Shown here: in pieces, positions 14,694 to 29,715 of the stretch
Layout: every line of letters starts with the position of its first letter
Numbering within the stretch: position 1 is the first letter of the stretch
NCBI GenBank assembly: GCA_965153455.1
Contig: OZ234493.1
Location: 25,348,213 to 25,412,212, forward strand
DNA length: 64,000 nucleotides
Direction: 5' to 3'
DNA from: Sphagnum compactum
Lineage: Eukaryota
Translations under genes and position numbers: made by a program
Notes under the pieces: generated by a model
Database searches by the model: none
Told to the model about the DNA's origin: nothing
The model's input: only the letters and a program-made list of their open reading frames with translations

Positions 14694-17600
14694 CTAGTTG
14701 GCCTTTTTTGACCCATTTTGATGGGGCAGAAATGTGTCAGTTATCAAGGTCCAAAAAGAGGCTTTGCCTATCAATGTGGAATCTACTTCTTGTGTACTCC
14801 AGCCAGTCTTTGGAGATTCAACGACCTTCCACCGCCGTTCTCCTCGTTGGATCTGGATCATGACAATAACTTCAGTTCAATGGTCAAATATTCTCACTGT
14901 TACTATTCACACCTTGGACACTGACCAAGGTTAAGTGTACTTGTGAGCAATTATGGACATTTGGAACTATTGACATTTCTGGAAACAAGTTGAATATTAA
15001 GGTACTCCATGATGACTTCTGAAATGCTTGTGACAACATTCATGGAAGGAAAACAACTCTCCTGTGCCTGCATAAGAAATGTCCTTCCTTTTATACATCC
15101 ATAAAAATTGCAACCTTGCACAATGCATATCTATCGGATTGCAGAAACACTGAAAACATTATCTGCTAACACTGCAAACAACCAGTGTTGTTACCTGGCA
15201 TATCTTCCCATTCTGAAGCCAGTACTGCACACCAGCCCAATCAATATGCTGAAACACATGGGAGTAAATGGCAGAGACAGGGTATAAAAAATTGTCCACT
15301 ACTGTTGCTATAAATACCTGCATCCATGCACAAACAAACATCTTCTCAACCAAAAACTCCAATCCCACCCATGTGATACACAAATGTCCATGCACATTTG
15401 CTTCGGCAATTCCATGCAAGCTTTCCAAAGAGTCAGGGACACTATTAACCATTGCGGTAACATGGTTCCAAGAAGTTATCTCTTGACATGTTTTGACAAA
15501 ATTCAGCCAGACAGAGCCTGTACAAGGATAGAAGGAGATGAAGGTGGACCATAAAAAAGTTATAGGATTGAATGGAGACGTGTGGAGTCCCAGGAGACAA
15601 TGCATTGCACAAGTTGATGACCACTTTAGACAGGTGGCGCAATGAACACAACTCAACTAGCGTGCTCCCAACCACACAACTGGCCAAAATTAAACCTGCA
15701 TACCACAGTGCATATTTTTCAGGTACCAAGCAATATCTCTTTCAAGAAAGTTCTCTCCCAAACCAGATGAGAACTCCTACCACACAGCAAACAAATATAC
15801 AATCAAATTGAGTAGGATTCAGACAAAGTAAAAAGAACACCTTTGAAGCTAACATCCACATGGGTGGTGCCAGTGTTAGAAAGAAGAAAGGAGGGCAAGT
15901 TAGAGAAACAAATAACCAACCTATACTGCATGAAGGGAAGCTGTCAAAAGAAGTACTGACAAATGCACGCAGTGCAACCACAAGGTGGACCAGTGTGGTG
16001 ACATATGGAAAAACAAAACTCCAAGACAACCAGCAATGTACAGAGAATAAGCCCCTGTTCATCCAGAAGTTGAAAGTTGTGTTGTATGTTTCTAGCACAA
16101 TAGTTTGCTTCCGCAAATAATTCCAATACCTGGCATGCACACCACACACAACATGGAACTTATTGAAGAGCAATAAGACAGAAAAATCAGCAACACAAAT
16201 CCAAGAGCCGGTAGCAAATGAATTAAACTAGAAATTACCTAGAAAAGCTCAAGTTTGCAGCAAGAGGGTGAAAGAACACAGCTCTTTCAGGGGAGCTGAT
16301 CATACGCCCATTCGCCCCTGTGACATCTCAACACAAGCATTAAGGATGGGTGCCTAGACACACATTTTAACACCAGCTGCAAGCATGTTTGTGTATCAGT
16401 TTGTGTGAACAATCTAAGAATGCTAGCATTATTACAAACCATCCTTCCTCCAAAGACAACTAGTTTGTTGAAGTCCAGGGCATAGCATTCACCTGCACCT
16501 CACAAACAGGAAGGAGTCTGCAAAAGAAGAGATTTACCAGCTACAGCAGCCAGTGTCATATCATCAGAGTAACCTCCTTCCCGCAAACCTGTGACCATGC
16601 CATACCGATCTGTCCTGAAGTCTTGTGCATGCATCTACATAACACCATCACCTCATAAGGTTGAGTCTTCCTCTCCTCAGCCAACTCGCTTACAATCTTT
16701 AGAAAAAGATTCAAAATCCACAATAATCCTCCCTTATCTCTGGCAGCTTCCAGGAGGGATTAAATAACTTTTTGTATACACATCCAACATTCAGCAATAG
16801 CCCCTGCTAGATAATGACGAATTTGATCGTTCCATAAATTAACTTCAGAGAAGATGAGTTTCTGGCATCTTGATACGCACCATCATGCATCCACCCCACA
16901 AGAAAAATGTACGTCCACACCCACCTGTGGCAAAACCTATTGAGCAAGGCTGGCAACCATTCAATGTTTTGTCAAAGACAAAGAGCCAAACTGAAAACCA
17001 TTTGAAAGGAGTCCAGAGGAGAAGAAAAATAAAGAACATTCACAGTAACTTGTAACTAGGAACCCTCAGTTTAACCCAATATTCACCATGCATAGAGAGA
17101 GAGGGAGAGAGAAGAAGGTTCAGAAAGCACCAGGAATATACCATATGATACTCATAAATGCAGTAGCTTCCCAGACTCCCTGAAGGTATGTCAAATGGGT
17201 ACCCTGTCAGCACAAAAATCTGCAAATTGGTGCGTCAGTGTTCTGAACTCTGAAAAATTGGCACAATGCAACCAGTCAGAGAATAACACAAGGGGAAGAA
17301 AACTATCGTACTGAAAGAGGAAGAGATGAGCAGGATAATTTTACATAAGAAGTCAAAACTTGGGCCAATGGTCAGCAAAACCTCAGGGTATTTTTCCATG
17401 TGCGCAACAAGGGCACCAATGGTTCCAGGGCAAAGTTGCACATCATCATCCAAGAAGAAGACATATTTGCTGTCCTTGTGCATGGCATCCACACCTGCCT
17501 ATCAAAGTTTCATCCAGTTATCACATACAGGTCTTCCACAAAAGCACATACACATAGGCATTCTGTCAGACTTTGAAGTAGATGGAGAAGTTTAAGTGTT

Positions 17601-19613
17601 GCTAACAAACAACATCTGTCTTGGTAAAGAAGTTCTACCACTCTTGACAGATTGCTAATTATACCCAAACCTGAAACAGAATACACTGACATGATGGAAT
17701 TGCAGATTGGTTGCAGGTGCTTGGCAACCCTAAAGTGGGTAAGTGAAGAACCTTGTTAACTGGTTCACCAAAGGTCACCAGCTATAGGATGAGGGGTTGA
17801 ACTCAATCAAGCTCTACCTACTCTTGCTAATTTTTTTGTAATGCTGATTGAAGTACAGTGGGAAATAATTCCTTTGGCCTCATTATTAATTATTAAACGA
17901 CCTAAATCTTGATAGTATTAAACACATGAAAGAAAATATTGCCAATCTGTCTCAGGCTAGTTTGTAGACAACAAGGAGTGTTTTGACACATTTGCAGCTC
18001 CAGTTGGTGACTTTTGTGCAATGTTCATTCTGCAACATTCCACTAGATTGACAGGACTACCCTTGATCGCTGTGAAATCTGTAACATAAGAATAGAAAGC
18101 CATACCAGCTGATTGTGTATTTTTTGGCTGCATGTAGTTGAATGACCAGCAACAAGCACTTTAGCATCTATTTGTCCCTGCACACCATCAGTGCTCAAAA
18201 AAGATTCACAACATATCTTGATACTTATCTCCCCCTATAATCTCATGCAGGCAAAGATGTGCAAACAGACACCATTGACTGCCACAGGCATTGTCAACTT
18301 CCCAGTCACTCTCAAACAAAGGACAGGGTCTAATGGGCCAATAAGAGCAGACAGCTCAGTTGACCACAGTGAAAACATCAGCTGACAGCTCTGCATTCCT
18401 ACTCATGACCCTCAGTGCAGCAGCACTCCCTTCAGTGTTCCCTTCCATTATGCCTACAAAGCACCAGAGATATGGAAAAACCAGAGACAAACCTCAAGTT
18501 CATTGATCAGCAGAGAAACAGATTGGTAGGCAGGATCATCCATGCTTTCCACCACAAAGAGAAACTCCAACTGTCCACCATACATGGAGAGCACCTGCAT
18601 CCCAGCATAAAAACTCATCAGCATGCATGCCAGCTGCCTTGTCCCAAGGTTGCCACAGAAGCAGCCACAGGATCCAAAGAAAAATACAGCAGATGAAAGC
18701 ATGTACAGGGGTTATCTGACCTGACTTCGCCAATTGCTGAGATTGTGTTCTCCAACTCCTTTCAGGGGCATCACAACTGAAACCGAGGGAAGCTTCTCCT
18801 GGACTGAATGCTCAAGATCTTTGACATTTGGATACAAAAATGCAAGTGCATTTCCTGCTGCTTCACCTTCGCGTATCCGCCGCAGTTCCTGAGCCCTAAT
18901 TGGAAGCAATGGCAGATGAGAACCACCTTGCTCTTATTTATTGTTTTAAGGACACATCTACAACTGAGTACCTCTTCATTGAACCACACTACATCATCAT
19001 CGTAGTTCCTGTTTGCAAGCAGAAGTGCATCCAAAAGCACATACCAAAAAAACAACACTGACCAGAAGACAGACAGATACACAGGACGACTTCTCTTTCT
19101 GAAAAAAATATACATGGAGGCGAGAAGAACCTTATCATGGAATTGTAGATCCAGCCAGCTGCAAGGCATAAGTAGATCACACATCCCTGTTACAAGGAAA
19201 ACCTAAACGGATCAATCCAGGGATGCATCCAGTACACAGCATTATCATGTCGAAAGAGAAAAACTTCTGGCATTCGCATAGATTTCCTGACATCGATTCC
19301 ATCTACTAACAAAAAAACACACACACACACATCCCACTCCCGAGCAGCTCGAGCACTTGAGTTCTCATCCAGAACAGAAGCAACTGCGGCATCATTTTCT
19401 CTCTCTCTCTCGCTTCTACGATCCATATGCGTTTCACAGTTTACAATCACGCCTCAAAACTATTGTAGTTCAGAGAACAAAGGTGCAAACAAGGGGGGAA
19501 AGAAAGCAATGTACCTGAATCTGAAAAGCTATAGCAATCGGATGACAGCACAGCGCACTGGCCCACGCTAGCCATGAATCCAATGGCTGAAGAACTGGAG
19601 ACGGAAGCTCCAT
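14694..19613 (-). CDS. GCS: Glucosylceramide synthase (ceramide glucosyltransferase, GT21-type), 14 coding exons, about 526 aa
   Basis: Hand-spliced GT-AG exons with consistent phases: 19613-19515, 19186-19131, 18895-18721, 18594-18493, 18177-18106, 17498-17382, 17219-17142, 16949-16881, 16634-16538, 16317-16239, 16129-15921, 15695-15550, 15317-15195, 14852-14694 (1581 nt). Peptides match plant GCS as I recall it: VSVVMPLKGVGEHNLSNWRSQ, TCSQKIHNQL, FLDDDV, TGYPFDIPSGSLGSYCIYEYHMPCS, GGYSDDMTLA, RYWNYLRKQT, VDNFLYP. The last exon is the least certain. Confidence 0.93.
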
Positions 19614-19738
19614 CGCCGTCGCCTACTACGCGATTCCGCTCCCCCGGCGCGCGAGCACGGACGACTACGGCGGGCCGAAGCGCTGCTGGTGGCGACTGGC
19701 TGACTGACCTAAGACCTAAGACCTCACCTGCATTAAGC

Positions 19739-21155
19739 TGCAATCACACCTAATGCTACCTCAATGTTAGCAGAGGTGCAAATTTTGTTAGATTCACACC
19801 GAAAATTTTAATTAACATCAAATCCTAGGTGGAATCCTAGGTGGCACACAATGTTAATGCATTATTAAATTGGTGTTAGCTACCATCAAATCTAACCAAA
19901 ATGTGAATTTTAACATAAAATCTGATGTGAGGTAATAGCCTCCAAAAAGAAACTCATAAGTCATGGTAAGATACCACCATCTTTTTCCAATGTGCCTTAC
20001 AGGTGTTCTCTAGTCCCCCTCCTCTTCATCCTCCACATTCTCCTCCACTCTACCTTCTACCCTCTCACACCCAAATACATTTTGGCAACATTCCATCGTT
20101 GCTTCCATTCCATTCACATGCCTCCCTAAACACTTATGCTATTTGCACATGAAAAATCATGCACTTGGTGAAACTACGGCATTCAAACTTATTTCATAAC
20201 CTTGGGCTATTCTCGCCTTTTAAATGAGTGGGACTAAATGCATTGCGGATTTCCCAAGTGGTTCAAAGCCTTGTCGTTCGATATTACCATCTCCTATCTT
20301 TTGGTCTAACCACAGACTTGTCTAGTTCAAAGACTTAACGCACCAAGGCCATCACTTCATGCCCTCCTTCAAACCCTCATTTGCTAGCACCTATGCGGCT
20401 TCATGAGTCTATCAAACTCGAAATCGAACCTAGCCCAACACTTAAATTCGCAACTTAAGCCACCGTAGGGGCCACCCCACGGCGGTTCGAACTTGGGCTT
20501 CAATTAGGCAAATCCTCACACTTGAGGGTCCGCTTAGAAGGGCATGTCATACCCCCTCTCTATATTCTTCCTTTTCTTTTTCTTCTTTCTCTCGTACACC
20601 TCTTCTTATGGATCTTGTTCCAATTCTATAGGAATTCTACTCTTCAAAACTATTCTTAAATGTTGCAACTACCAAAAAAAATGCAAAGAAGGGGAAAGCT
20701 TTGGAATGTTACAACTTCCCAAAAAAAACACAAAGGGGAAAGCTTTGGAGTGTTATAACTTCCAAAAAACAATGCAAAGAAAAGGAAGGTTTTGGAATGT
20801 TGTAGCTACCAAAAAAAATGAAGAGAAGGGAGAAGGAATTATTAGTTAATATGGTGGGTGGAGCTCTCAATAGCAAACACATAGTGGAATAGTGAAATGC
20901 ACGTAGCAAAGAGAACACCACTTTTGGCAATGGGTACAAAAAGGGAACATATAAAATGGCTAGGTTTTTGGTACCATCATGATGATGGTGTGAGTCCATC
21001 ATCACAATGTTAAATTAACATTAACATAATACTAACTTAAACATTATGAATCAAAATTAAGATGTTAGTTAACATTAGGGCTAACATTGTGTTTAAAAAT
21101 TAATTTAGTGTTAACTTAATGTTAGTGTTTAGTGCTAACATTAAGTGTGATTGCA
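19739..21155. mobile_element. About 1.4-kb non-autonomous terminal-inverted-repeat DNA element
   Basis: Left end tgcaatcacacctaatgcta; the right end reverse-complements to tgcaatcacacttaatgtta (18 of 20 match). Clusters of aatgtta/taacatt subterminal motifs at both ends. No clean TSD. Confidence 0.75.
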
Positions 21156-22099
21156 ATGTATAACATCCCCAGTTGTGTTTAGTATGCACCAGTGTTGACT
21201 AATTATACAATAAAATCTACATATGCATTCGAATAATCACCAAATATGTATTCAACCATATTTGGATTTTATTTTTTTGAATAATCAACTCTATACACAA
21301 GCATCTAATAATGTGACCTTGTCTGGCCATTAAACTTTAAACAAAAATGAAATTTGACCATTAGGGTTTTGAAAATGTTGGATATGCATTTTGATTTGGT
21401 TTTAGGTTTTTGTTTACGATTAGGGTTTAGGGAGAACCTATCATAATCCATTTTTAACATTTTACACCTTGGCACTTTCCTTGACTTTTTCTTTCATGAA
21501 CTTGTAAGTCAATCCCAACACTTTGCGCTTGTGTTATGCATTGCAACAACTAAATGCTTCACATTTTTATTTTGTGGAACATCACGAATTGGGAGAATCT
21601 GGTTAATCGGGAAAGTTTGGCAAATTAAGAAAGGTTGTGAGCTTTTATTTTGTTGTGGATTTTTTTTGGTGTCACATTGTTGTTGTTTTCTTAGTGATGA
21701 ATGCACAAGAAAAAGGGCAATTTTGTTGGTCAATGGATCAATGGTTTTGTTGTTCAACAAATTAAGAAAATTTCAACAAATTGAAAAAATTTATTGAATG
21801 TCATAGCAAATATAAGCTTCACATTTGTTTCCCTTTCTTTCATTTGTGTTTTTCTATTTTTGGGAACTTGAAACCTAGGTGTTTGTCTTAATGTGTCTTT
21901 GTTTTTTGTGTAAGTTTTATGTGTTCAATGGTTAAAGAAAAGGATATTGTTTTACTAAGAGTCTAAGTGGACTTAATGAAAATGTGTGAACTATTTCCAT
22001 TCAAATGCAATCATCATTAGTCAAAAATGTCAAGAATGTCCATCATGTATAATCTGACAATTGATGTTTTACAACTTGTGTCTATAGAAACACAAGTTA

Positions 22100-24330
22100 C
22101 AACTTGGAAACCTCAAAATCAACTATTTATTTATTGAAGATTTTTTATCATCAACAATGGCCTACCGGCCATGGATTTTGTGAACCCACAAATGTTGCAA
22201 TGCATAATTTGTAAATATGAACAAGCATATGTCGATGCTTCAGTACAAAAATCTATTTTTCGCAATGGCCTATTTAAATATAACAAAATCAATTACATAA
22301 TTCCCATAATTCCCATGAGTACTCATGTGCAAACTACATATCTTAAGTTGTTTTCTCATAAAAACAATAATTCAATGAGAAAGGTGACAAAACTTGCTCA
22401 CACTCAATAACTAGGGAAGAAAAGGATGGGTTCATCTAAATATCCAATCATTACATTTTTTGGCATTACCACAAACCCCTACCAAAAAAATGATGAAGTT
22501 TAGCACTAGTTTCTTGAAGATTTAATGTTTTATATTTAATGGGGGGTTATAGGCCCTTATCCACCTACAAAAATATTGGGTTAATTCTACACCAATGTCC
22601 TTGTGTTCAATTTCCTTTTCATTCTTCTTTTATGAAAGAAGTGTTGATTGCCATGGCCAAGAAAACAATGGACCAACATGTTCTATCAAATCTTACATTT
22701 GTACCAACATGTTTTTATCACAAATCACAATTTTTTGTGAAAACTGCATTCATTAACAAGGTCATTGACGCGCTCCTTGGTCCCGGGGTGAACCCACTTG
22801 AGGGTTCACCAATGTGAAGTTGCGGAAAGTGGGGACCCAAGGGCACGCTCCCGACTTCCAACTCTAGAAAGGGGTAGAGGGTCGAGTTGGAAGCCCCGGG
22901 ATTAGACTAGGAAGATGGACCAGTAGATCAAGCACCAATCTGCATCCAAAACCAACCACAAATGGGTTAGTTCACATTCGGGAACACCCTTGGGTGTTGG
23001 GACAAGCCACGGGCACTTCGGACTACTTGACTCACCACGGCCCGGACTTGGGGGAAGCCACCACCTTCCCCCTTATAGTTATCTCTGCGGCTCACCACGG
23101 AGGCTACATCCAAATGGCACATTTTGTTGGGACTCCCGAAATGGAGTCCCGAAATTGTCCCGGCGGGACTCCCGGGACTTTGAACGGTCATAACTCCCGA
23201 TTCCGAAGTCCGATCGCAATGAGGTCTGAACCAAAGTTGTAGCCCTCGTCGAGATCTTTCCAACGCTATGTCGCACTCCCTGAGGCGACGTCGGCAAAGG
23301 GTCGATTCCCGACTTTTAGTAGTCGGGAGTCAAACTGCCAGTTTGACTCCCGGCCCTTCTTTTGCCCATAACTTGGGCTGCAGATGTCCAAATGGCCAAT
23401 GCGAGGCCATTTTCGATATCTACGTTTCAAGACCTTTTCAATGACACCAAGAACACTCCAATGCGAGGTGTTTTGCCCCTTGCTGTCGAGCTCTGAACAT
23501 TCGGGAGTCCCGGAGGACTCCCAACCTCCAACTTTTCCAAGTGTTGGGCTTCACCCTCACACTTGGACAAGGTGGGGTTGCGACAGTCATTATGTTTGAA
23601 AAAACTCTTAAGTTTAATAACATCATAATTATTTATTGTGGAAGGCACAAAATCTATCGTTTTACAACAAAGAGTACTTAAAGCCCAAGTGTGGATTATT
23701 ATTGAAACAATCACATCTATTTTGAATCATGTTATATTGGTGTGTGTGATGAATCAATTTAGGGCCATGAGTTATTGTTAAATGCCTTAACAACAATTAT
23801 TACATTTATTAGAACATGGAAGCTAAACTATTGCAACTTTTTAGAAGTTTTGAAATTTTTGACCCATTTGACCTTAAGGTCCTCCTTTTGCAAAGCAATA
23901 TGCAATTGGAGGTTATAAAGGTAATCAAACGTTTTTTTAGAGCTTATGAAATCGTTTGATGCACAACAAGCTTACAACATGATGGCCATCATGTTGGATT
24001 TGTGCTTCTAGTTTTTATGTGTTATGAAAAATTTGGTGGGATGTGGGAGTACAATCCAAATGAAATCTAAATATCATATCAAGATTGTTATTCCTTCTTT
24101 AATGTTGTGCATTAATAAGTTAGTTGAACCATATTGTTAAAACATTTGTTATGATTGTAATTGATGTCATGGAACTAAATCTTGAAGAAAATATGTTTAA
24201 TTTGGGGGCTTCAAACGAAGAATCTTTGTGAACATTAATTACTAAAAAATTATTCTTATTTAGGATTTTTTTATTCCCCGTCTACATGTGCATCTAACCA
24301 TTAGCTTATTTTGCAAAGAAAGATAGGTTG
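22100..24330 (+). mobile_element. Decayed hAT-type transposase remnant, interrupted by the solo LTR
   Basis: Fragments PQMLQCIICK..GLFKYNK, KTMDQHVL, VKTAFINKVI|MFEKTLKF (continuous across the insertion), VCVMNQ, AYNMMAIMLD. These resemble bryophyte hAT transposases as I recall them. Internally deleted; boundaries approximate. Confidence 0.7.
22766..23585. mobile_element. Solo LTR (820 bp, GC-rich) with a perfect 5-bp TSD
   Basis: Termini TGACGC...GCGACA (TG..CA, imperfect inverted ends), flanked by gtcat (22761-22765) and gtcat (23586-23590). Sharp GC contrast with the flanks. Confidence 0.88.
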
Positions 24331-27300
24331 TACTTTTGTAAGCAACCATATTTGGAAATTTGATATGCATAACCTTTGTGCACATCTATCCTATTTTGAA
24401 AATTGAAAACTAGCCTTTTCATAATCAACAATGGAAGTTTTTTAAAAATGAATGTGTAATTGACTAGCTTTGTAAGTTAAATGTATATCTTTCCTTGTAA
24501 ATGTTTTATTGGTGTCCAAAGGACAAGTCTAAAAGTTAATAACAAAACAACACTAATATGTACCCCACAAAAATATTTTTGTGCATCCAAGTTTAGTTAT
24601 TTACTTTGTTGCAACCCCATCCACAAAGTTAAAACTGAAATTGGGAATGGGTGGGAGACGATTGATAGCAAACCACCCAAACCAATCATTATGATTGGCC
24701 AATTAGAAACAAGGAACAATAGTTAGATCATATTTATTGCTCTCTTTTCATAGGTACATAAATCTATTGGTTTTTACCAACCTCAATAATTTATGCAAAA
24801 ATGTTGGGCCAAAATCATTTTGTTGAACCAAATTAACAAAATATTTTGATTTTTCTTCATCCAATTTAATGTGTAAAATCACATACCAAACATTTTTGGG
24901 GATGTTTTTATTATCACTATTATAGAACTTGTCCCTTATCTACTATGCAATTCTGCCTAAATTTTGCAAAATGAAATGGATATCATTGAAAGCATAGGCT
25001 CTCATTAAAACCACTAAGTTGTGACTATTGGTGGACCAGTCCCACCAAAACTCCACCTCACAATGAAAAATAATGGATTTTTAGTGGGAAGATTTTATTT
25101 TTAAAATATTTATGGTTTGAAGTGTTTTAGCAAATTTTTTATGGGTAGTGAATTGACCCATGTGATGCACTATCTTAACTACCCAAATTGAATTCACACT
25201 TTAGGTATGTTTCACTATTTGTGACCAATTGTAGTTACTAACATATATATGTCTTCGTAGTTGAATTATACCATCCATGTGCATTTCCAAAGCCAATGTA
25301 TGTATAATAACATTCTAAGAGATATTGACTTCTAATGAACATCTACTCATGATTAAACATGTTAATTATATTTTGACAATCACATTGTTGGTTGACCTTG
25401 TAAACTTTAAACAAGCCTTAGACCCAATCAGCACATAATTTGTAATTGCCAAATCATACTTATGGGGTTGTTTGAGTACACATATTCATAATGCCCTCCA
25501 AATGTCCACCATAGTAACAAGATTTTTCAAGTCAACCAAGTAGTTAATTTCTAATTTAATCCACCCTACAAAAGGGGCAAAATGTAGATGAACCCAAACG
25601 CCAATCATATGTGCCAACTATAAATACCTGGCCCATAATGAATAAATCATGTAATTTAACTAATGAATACGTCAACCCATCCCTTGAACAAAGGGATTGG
25701 TGTCATCTAGCCTAGTGTATGGGGTTTTGTGGTTACACATGCACCCAATGTGCATGCAAGTGTACCTCTTCCCGCAACCTTTTGAGGCCACTTTATGCTA
25801 CATTGGTTAATCATCTTACTCCTCCAACTAGTCCCACATGGCACCGCCCAATTGTGATTGAGTTATGTATTTTCATTATGGATTTGAAATTATGACAAAA
25901 CATGCACTATCAAATCTTGGCCTATGAACCTTAACATAATAATATTAAGAAAATTTTAAATATTTTCAAAAAAAAAAACTTACTATAACATATTTCTAAA
26001 ATATTCCAAATAAAGCAATTGCTAACTAAAAGGGGGCATTGTTGGGTCTTATTAACATGAACGGACCAAGGAACATAGATGGGGCAAGTCATCAATCATG
26101 GATAATTATGAAAGCACATTCAAAACATTGAACATTTGCCTTGTAACCAATAGGGAAGTTGTATTCAAACATGGCATAAGTACACCTTTTTCATTTCTTA
26201 TGATTTTGGGCACAACCACTAACAAGTTGTCCAAGATCCTACAAGATTAGGGAAAATTTGGTAAAACCAAACTATAATGATCAATGGAGGAAATTCAATT
26301 ACACCTGATGCAATGCAAAATCATATTAATGAAGTTAATCAAACAATTTGGTGTACCACATTAACAAGATTCCATGATTATATAATACATGTCAACATGA
26401 TAATCATCCTTGATCCTTAACTTGAAGGCCTTTTTTTTTAAATTTGAAAGCTTGCCAATATGACAAACAATCTTGCATTTCTTACTATCTTTCATTTTGA
26501 ACTATCAAATTCACACCATAATTTTTATAAACATTTGTAAGTTTAAAAACTTGGCCTTAATTATAGTACAATAATCTAAGTCACTTTAAATGTGCATAGA
26601 TACACATTTGTAAATATAAAATAATGTAGAATGCATGTAATGAAAGAAGAAACTAAAATTGACCACATAATGACTAAATTTTCAATGTGATCACCTTTGA
26701 AAACCTTTCCCAAAATTTCAAAACTATTGATAATCTTGTTGGGCCTACAATAATCTAATGAATGTCATACTCCTTGATTGGATTTGGAAACATAATTAGT
26801 TAAATTTTAAATCTTAACTTCGGCACTTGGTTTTTTAATTTTGAAAATTTTTGCTACATAATGGTTATAAAAAATAATAAACACATTCTTGTTATGTTTA
26901 CATCATATGTGTCTAGATTGTTTCAGTCTTAAAATTTTGAACTTTAAGGTTTGCAGTTCAAACCCGATAATAAAAAACTTGCAAATTTTAAACTTTATAT
27001 AGTATTTATAAAAAATTTGGCACAAATAATAAATAACTTTTCAAAAATTTAGCAACAAAAAAAATAATTTCATTTATGCCAAAATTTGTTCATGTACTAC
27101 AATAATATTCATATAATAGTTGTGTTTTGATAGATGTCATCTCATTCACCTTCACCTATAGTATATCTACCTAAATAGAACAAACACCAATCATCACAAT
27201 CTTAAAGAATTTCATGTTGTTGAAGAAGTAGCATTATAACAATGCTTGTGAGGTCATTCTGAGTTGAAGAATAACCAAGGCATATGATTGTGACAAGAAA

Positions 27301-29715
27301 GGGTATGCTTAACTAACTTACTAGAAGTTCACTTATTGGATTTTCCCAATTCCCCCAATATTGTCATGACGGGCGACGAATTGTAGTTACTATTCTAAGC
27401 TTGTCTAAATATTGAAAATTTTGAAGATTTGATTTTGAAGGTCATAAGATCAAAGATGGTCCTATTCAACATTTATGATAACTTAGTTTAATTGAAGACT
27501 ATTTCATCATATATTCCATTCTCTTTACTAATTTTCATTCTTCAAAAGCTCTGCATGTCAAAAATGAAAAAGCCAAGATGTTGTTGAAGCCCAATAAGAT
27601 TTTTGTCATAGAACTTTAACACATATGGCCAAACCTCAATGAAGACCAATGGATGAAGGTGAAAATCACATTGAAAGATTTGATATTGTTAAATTATGCC
27701 AAGAAAAACAATGGCAATATATTAACATTAACAAAGTTAAAAATACAAAACATCTTTCTAGGAGCCAACATCCATCAAACAATGTTAGCAAATTATAGAA
27801 ACTGAGAAGCATGTCAATTCTTTTCTTTCACTATAAGTATTATGCAACTTGCTTGTGTAATTTTTTGTTGCATCTATTTTCAACAATGTGTGATTTGCAC
27901 CATCGAATTTTAGACCATTGAATTAGTTAATTAGACTAAAAGTTAAATGGAACAACCACGATGTCCTTCTTTGCTTGGAAGTGCTCTACCAAAATATTTA
28001 AATAATAAAAGGTTATGTACAACCACAAAAATTTCTAATTGGTTTACAACTTATTTGCACATTTTATTCACATTGCATAATTCCCATTTATCAACTTTCT
28101 ATCAAACTTAAATTTCATTCACATCATTCCCATGCCTTTAACAGAACCAACATTGTTATGTGCTTTGAATCAGACTTGTTGAAAATTTTGTCATCTTCAT
28201 AACCCCAATTAATGTTGCATATCCATCCTATCAATATGTTACATGAAAAGATTATAACTTGAAATGACTTTACTTAGATGTGATCAACCCAACAATATTG
28301 ATAAAACCTAAAAAACCGATTGGACACAACAAGGCATTTAGTTCATATAATTACACCTAGCATTATAATGATAAATTTTATATTAACTTGATATTGTAGA
28401 CAATAAATTGAAATGTAACATATTGCAAATCTCATAAACAAAATAATGTCAATCCAAACAAAAAAAAACAAATTTGGGTGTTTAATGAACAATGCATGTT
28501 TGGTGAATATATATAAAAAGGGAGAATCAACAAAGGATTCGCCACATAAGTAGATTTTTAGAATGTTATTCATGAATTTGAACACTATGTGAAGGTTTTT
28601 TTTTTGGTGCACCCATTATTTTATTCATTATTTTGAAATGGGTTTAACCAAAAATTTGCCAAAACGAAAAATGGTTAAAAGAAGAAAATAAAATTTGGCT
28701 AAATTTTCCATCTTGGTGACATGAAAAAAAGAGCTAGTTTCACATTTTTCTTTGGAAAGAAAAAAGACCCAAAATCATCACATTATGAAGAATATGTTTT
28801 TGTTAAAATTGCCATATTTAGACAATAGGTTCCAACTTGTGGCCCAAATATAGCTTCATTCTTAAATTCTTTTAGTACTTCCCTCTCTTCTTACATGTAA
28901 TCAAATTTGGCTAAAGCTCTCTTTACATTAGAAGACCATCAAAGTTGAAAAGCTTTCATTGGAAGAAAAGACATGTTAAGTTCACTTTACACAAGTGTTT
29001 GCTTAAGAGATAATGAAATGTGATTGGATGAAAAATGGACATCAAATCCACTTTGGATAATGTTTCATAGTCTAACAAACTTCATGTGAGGCCCACTTAT
29101 TTGAGCAAATGGATGAGCTTGGCGCAAACTTTTGTTAGACCATAATCCAAAACAAAAGTTAGGATTGATCTTGATTTTAATATGTTAAAGTACCTCAACA
29201 AAGTTTTTAGCACTTTACATTACACTTCACAACAACAAAGACAAGGCCCACACATAAATGAAATCTGAATTTCCATGGGACAACCTTTGGATGTGTTTGA
29301 AGATCTCAGCATTTCCATCATCCTTGTCCCTCGCCATAGTGTAAAAAGGGTGGGCCTATTTCCTCTTGTAAATGATGGCCAGACCACCTACCCCCACAGA
29401 ATTGGAAAAAAGAGAAGGGTTAAGTTAACCGTAGTTAAGGGTGAGACGAGCAACCATAGTTAGTGTTCAGGTTCCGCCTTCCAGCAAGTGTGAAGGCGCT
29501 GTAGCTGCTGTTGCTGTTGCGCGTTCTGTTCATCTTGTGCCGGCAGCTACTGCTGCTGCTCCGCGACAACAGCAGCAGCAGCGGGATTTCACCAAAATCC
29601 ATCCGTTTGTTTTGTGCCCATTTCGTGCATCAAACCACTGGCAAACTTATTACTGGAGCTTCGTTGACACTTGATGCCCACCATCACCACATTAGGGTAT
29701 TCGTCTTTCTTTCTT

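Noticed and set aside
19447..19743. 98-aa ORF as the GCS first exon
   Set aside because: Wrong frame; the true exon 1 (MELPSPVLQPLDSW..FQIQ) starts at 19613 in another frame.
22967..23714. Several overlapping ORFs in the GC-rich island
   Set aside because: They lie within the solo LTR, and high GC explains the open frames.
24400..29200. Long AT-rich stretch, probably old TE debris
   Set aside because: No motif, termini or ORF I can support.
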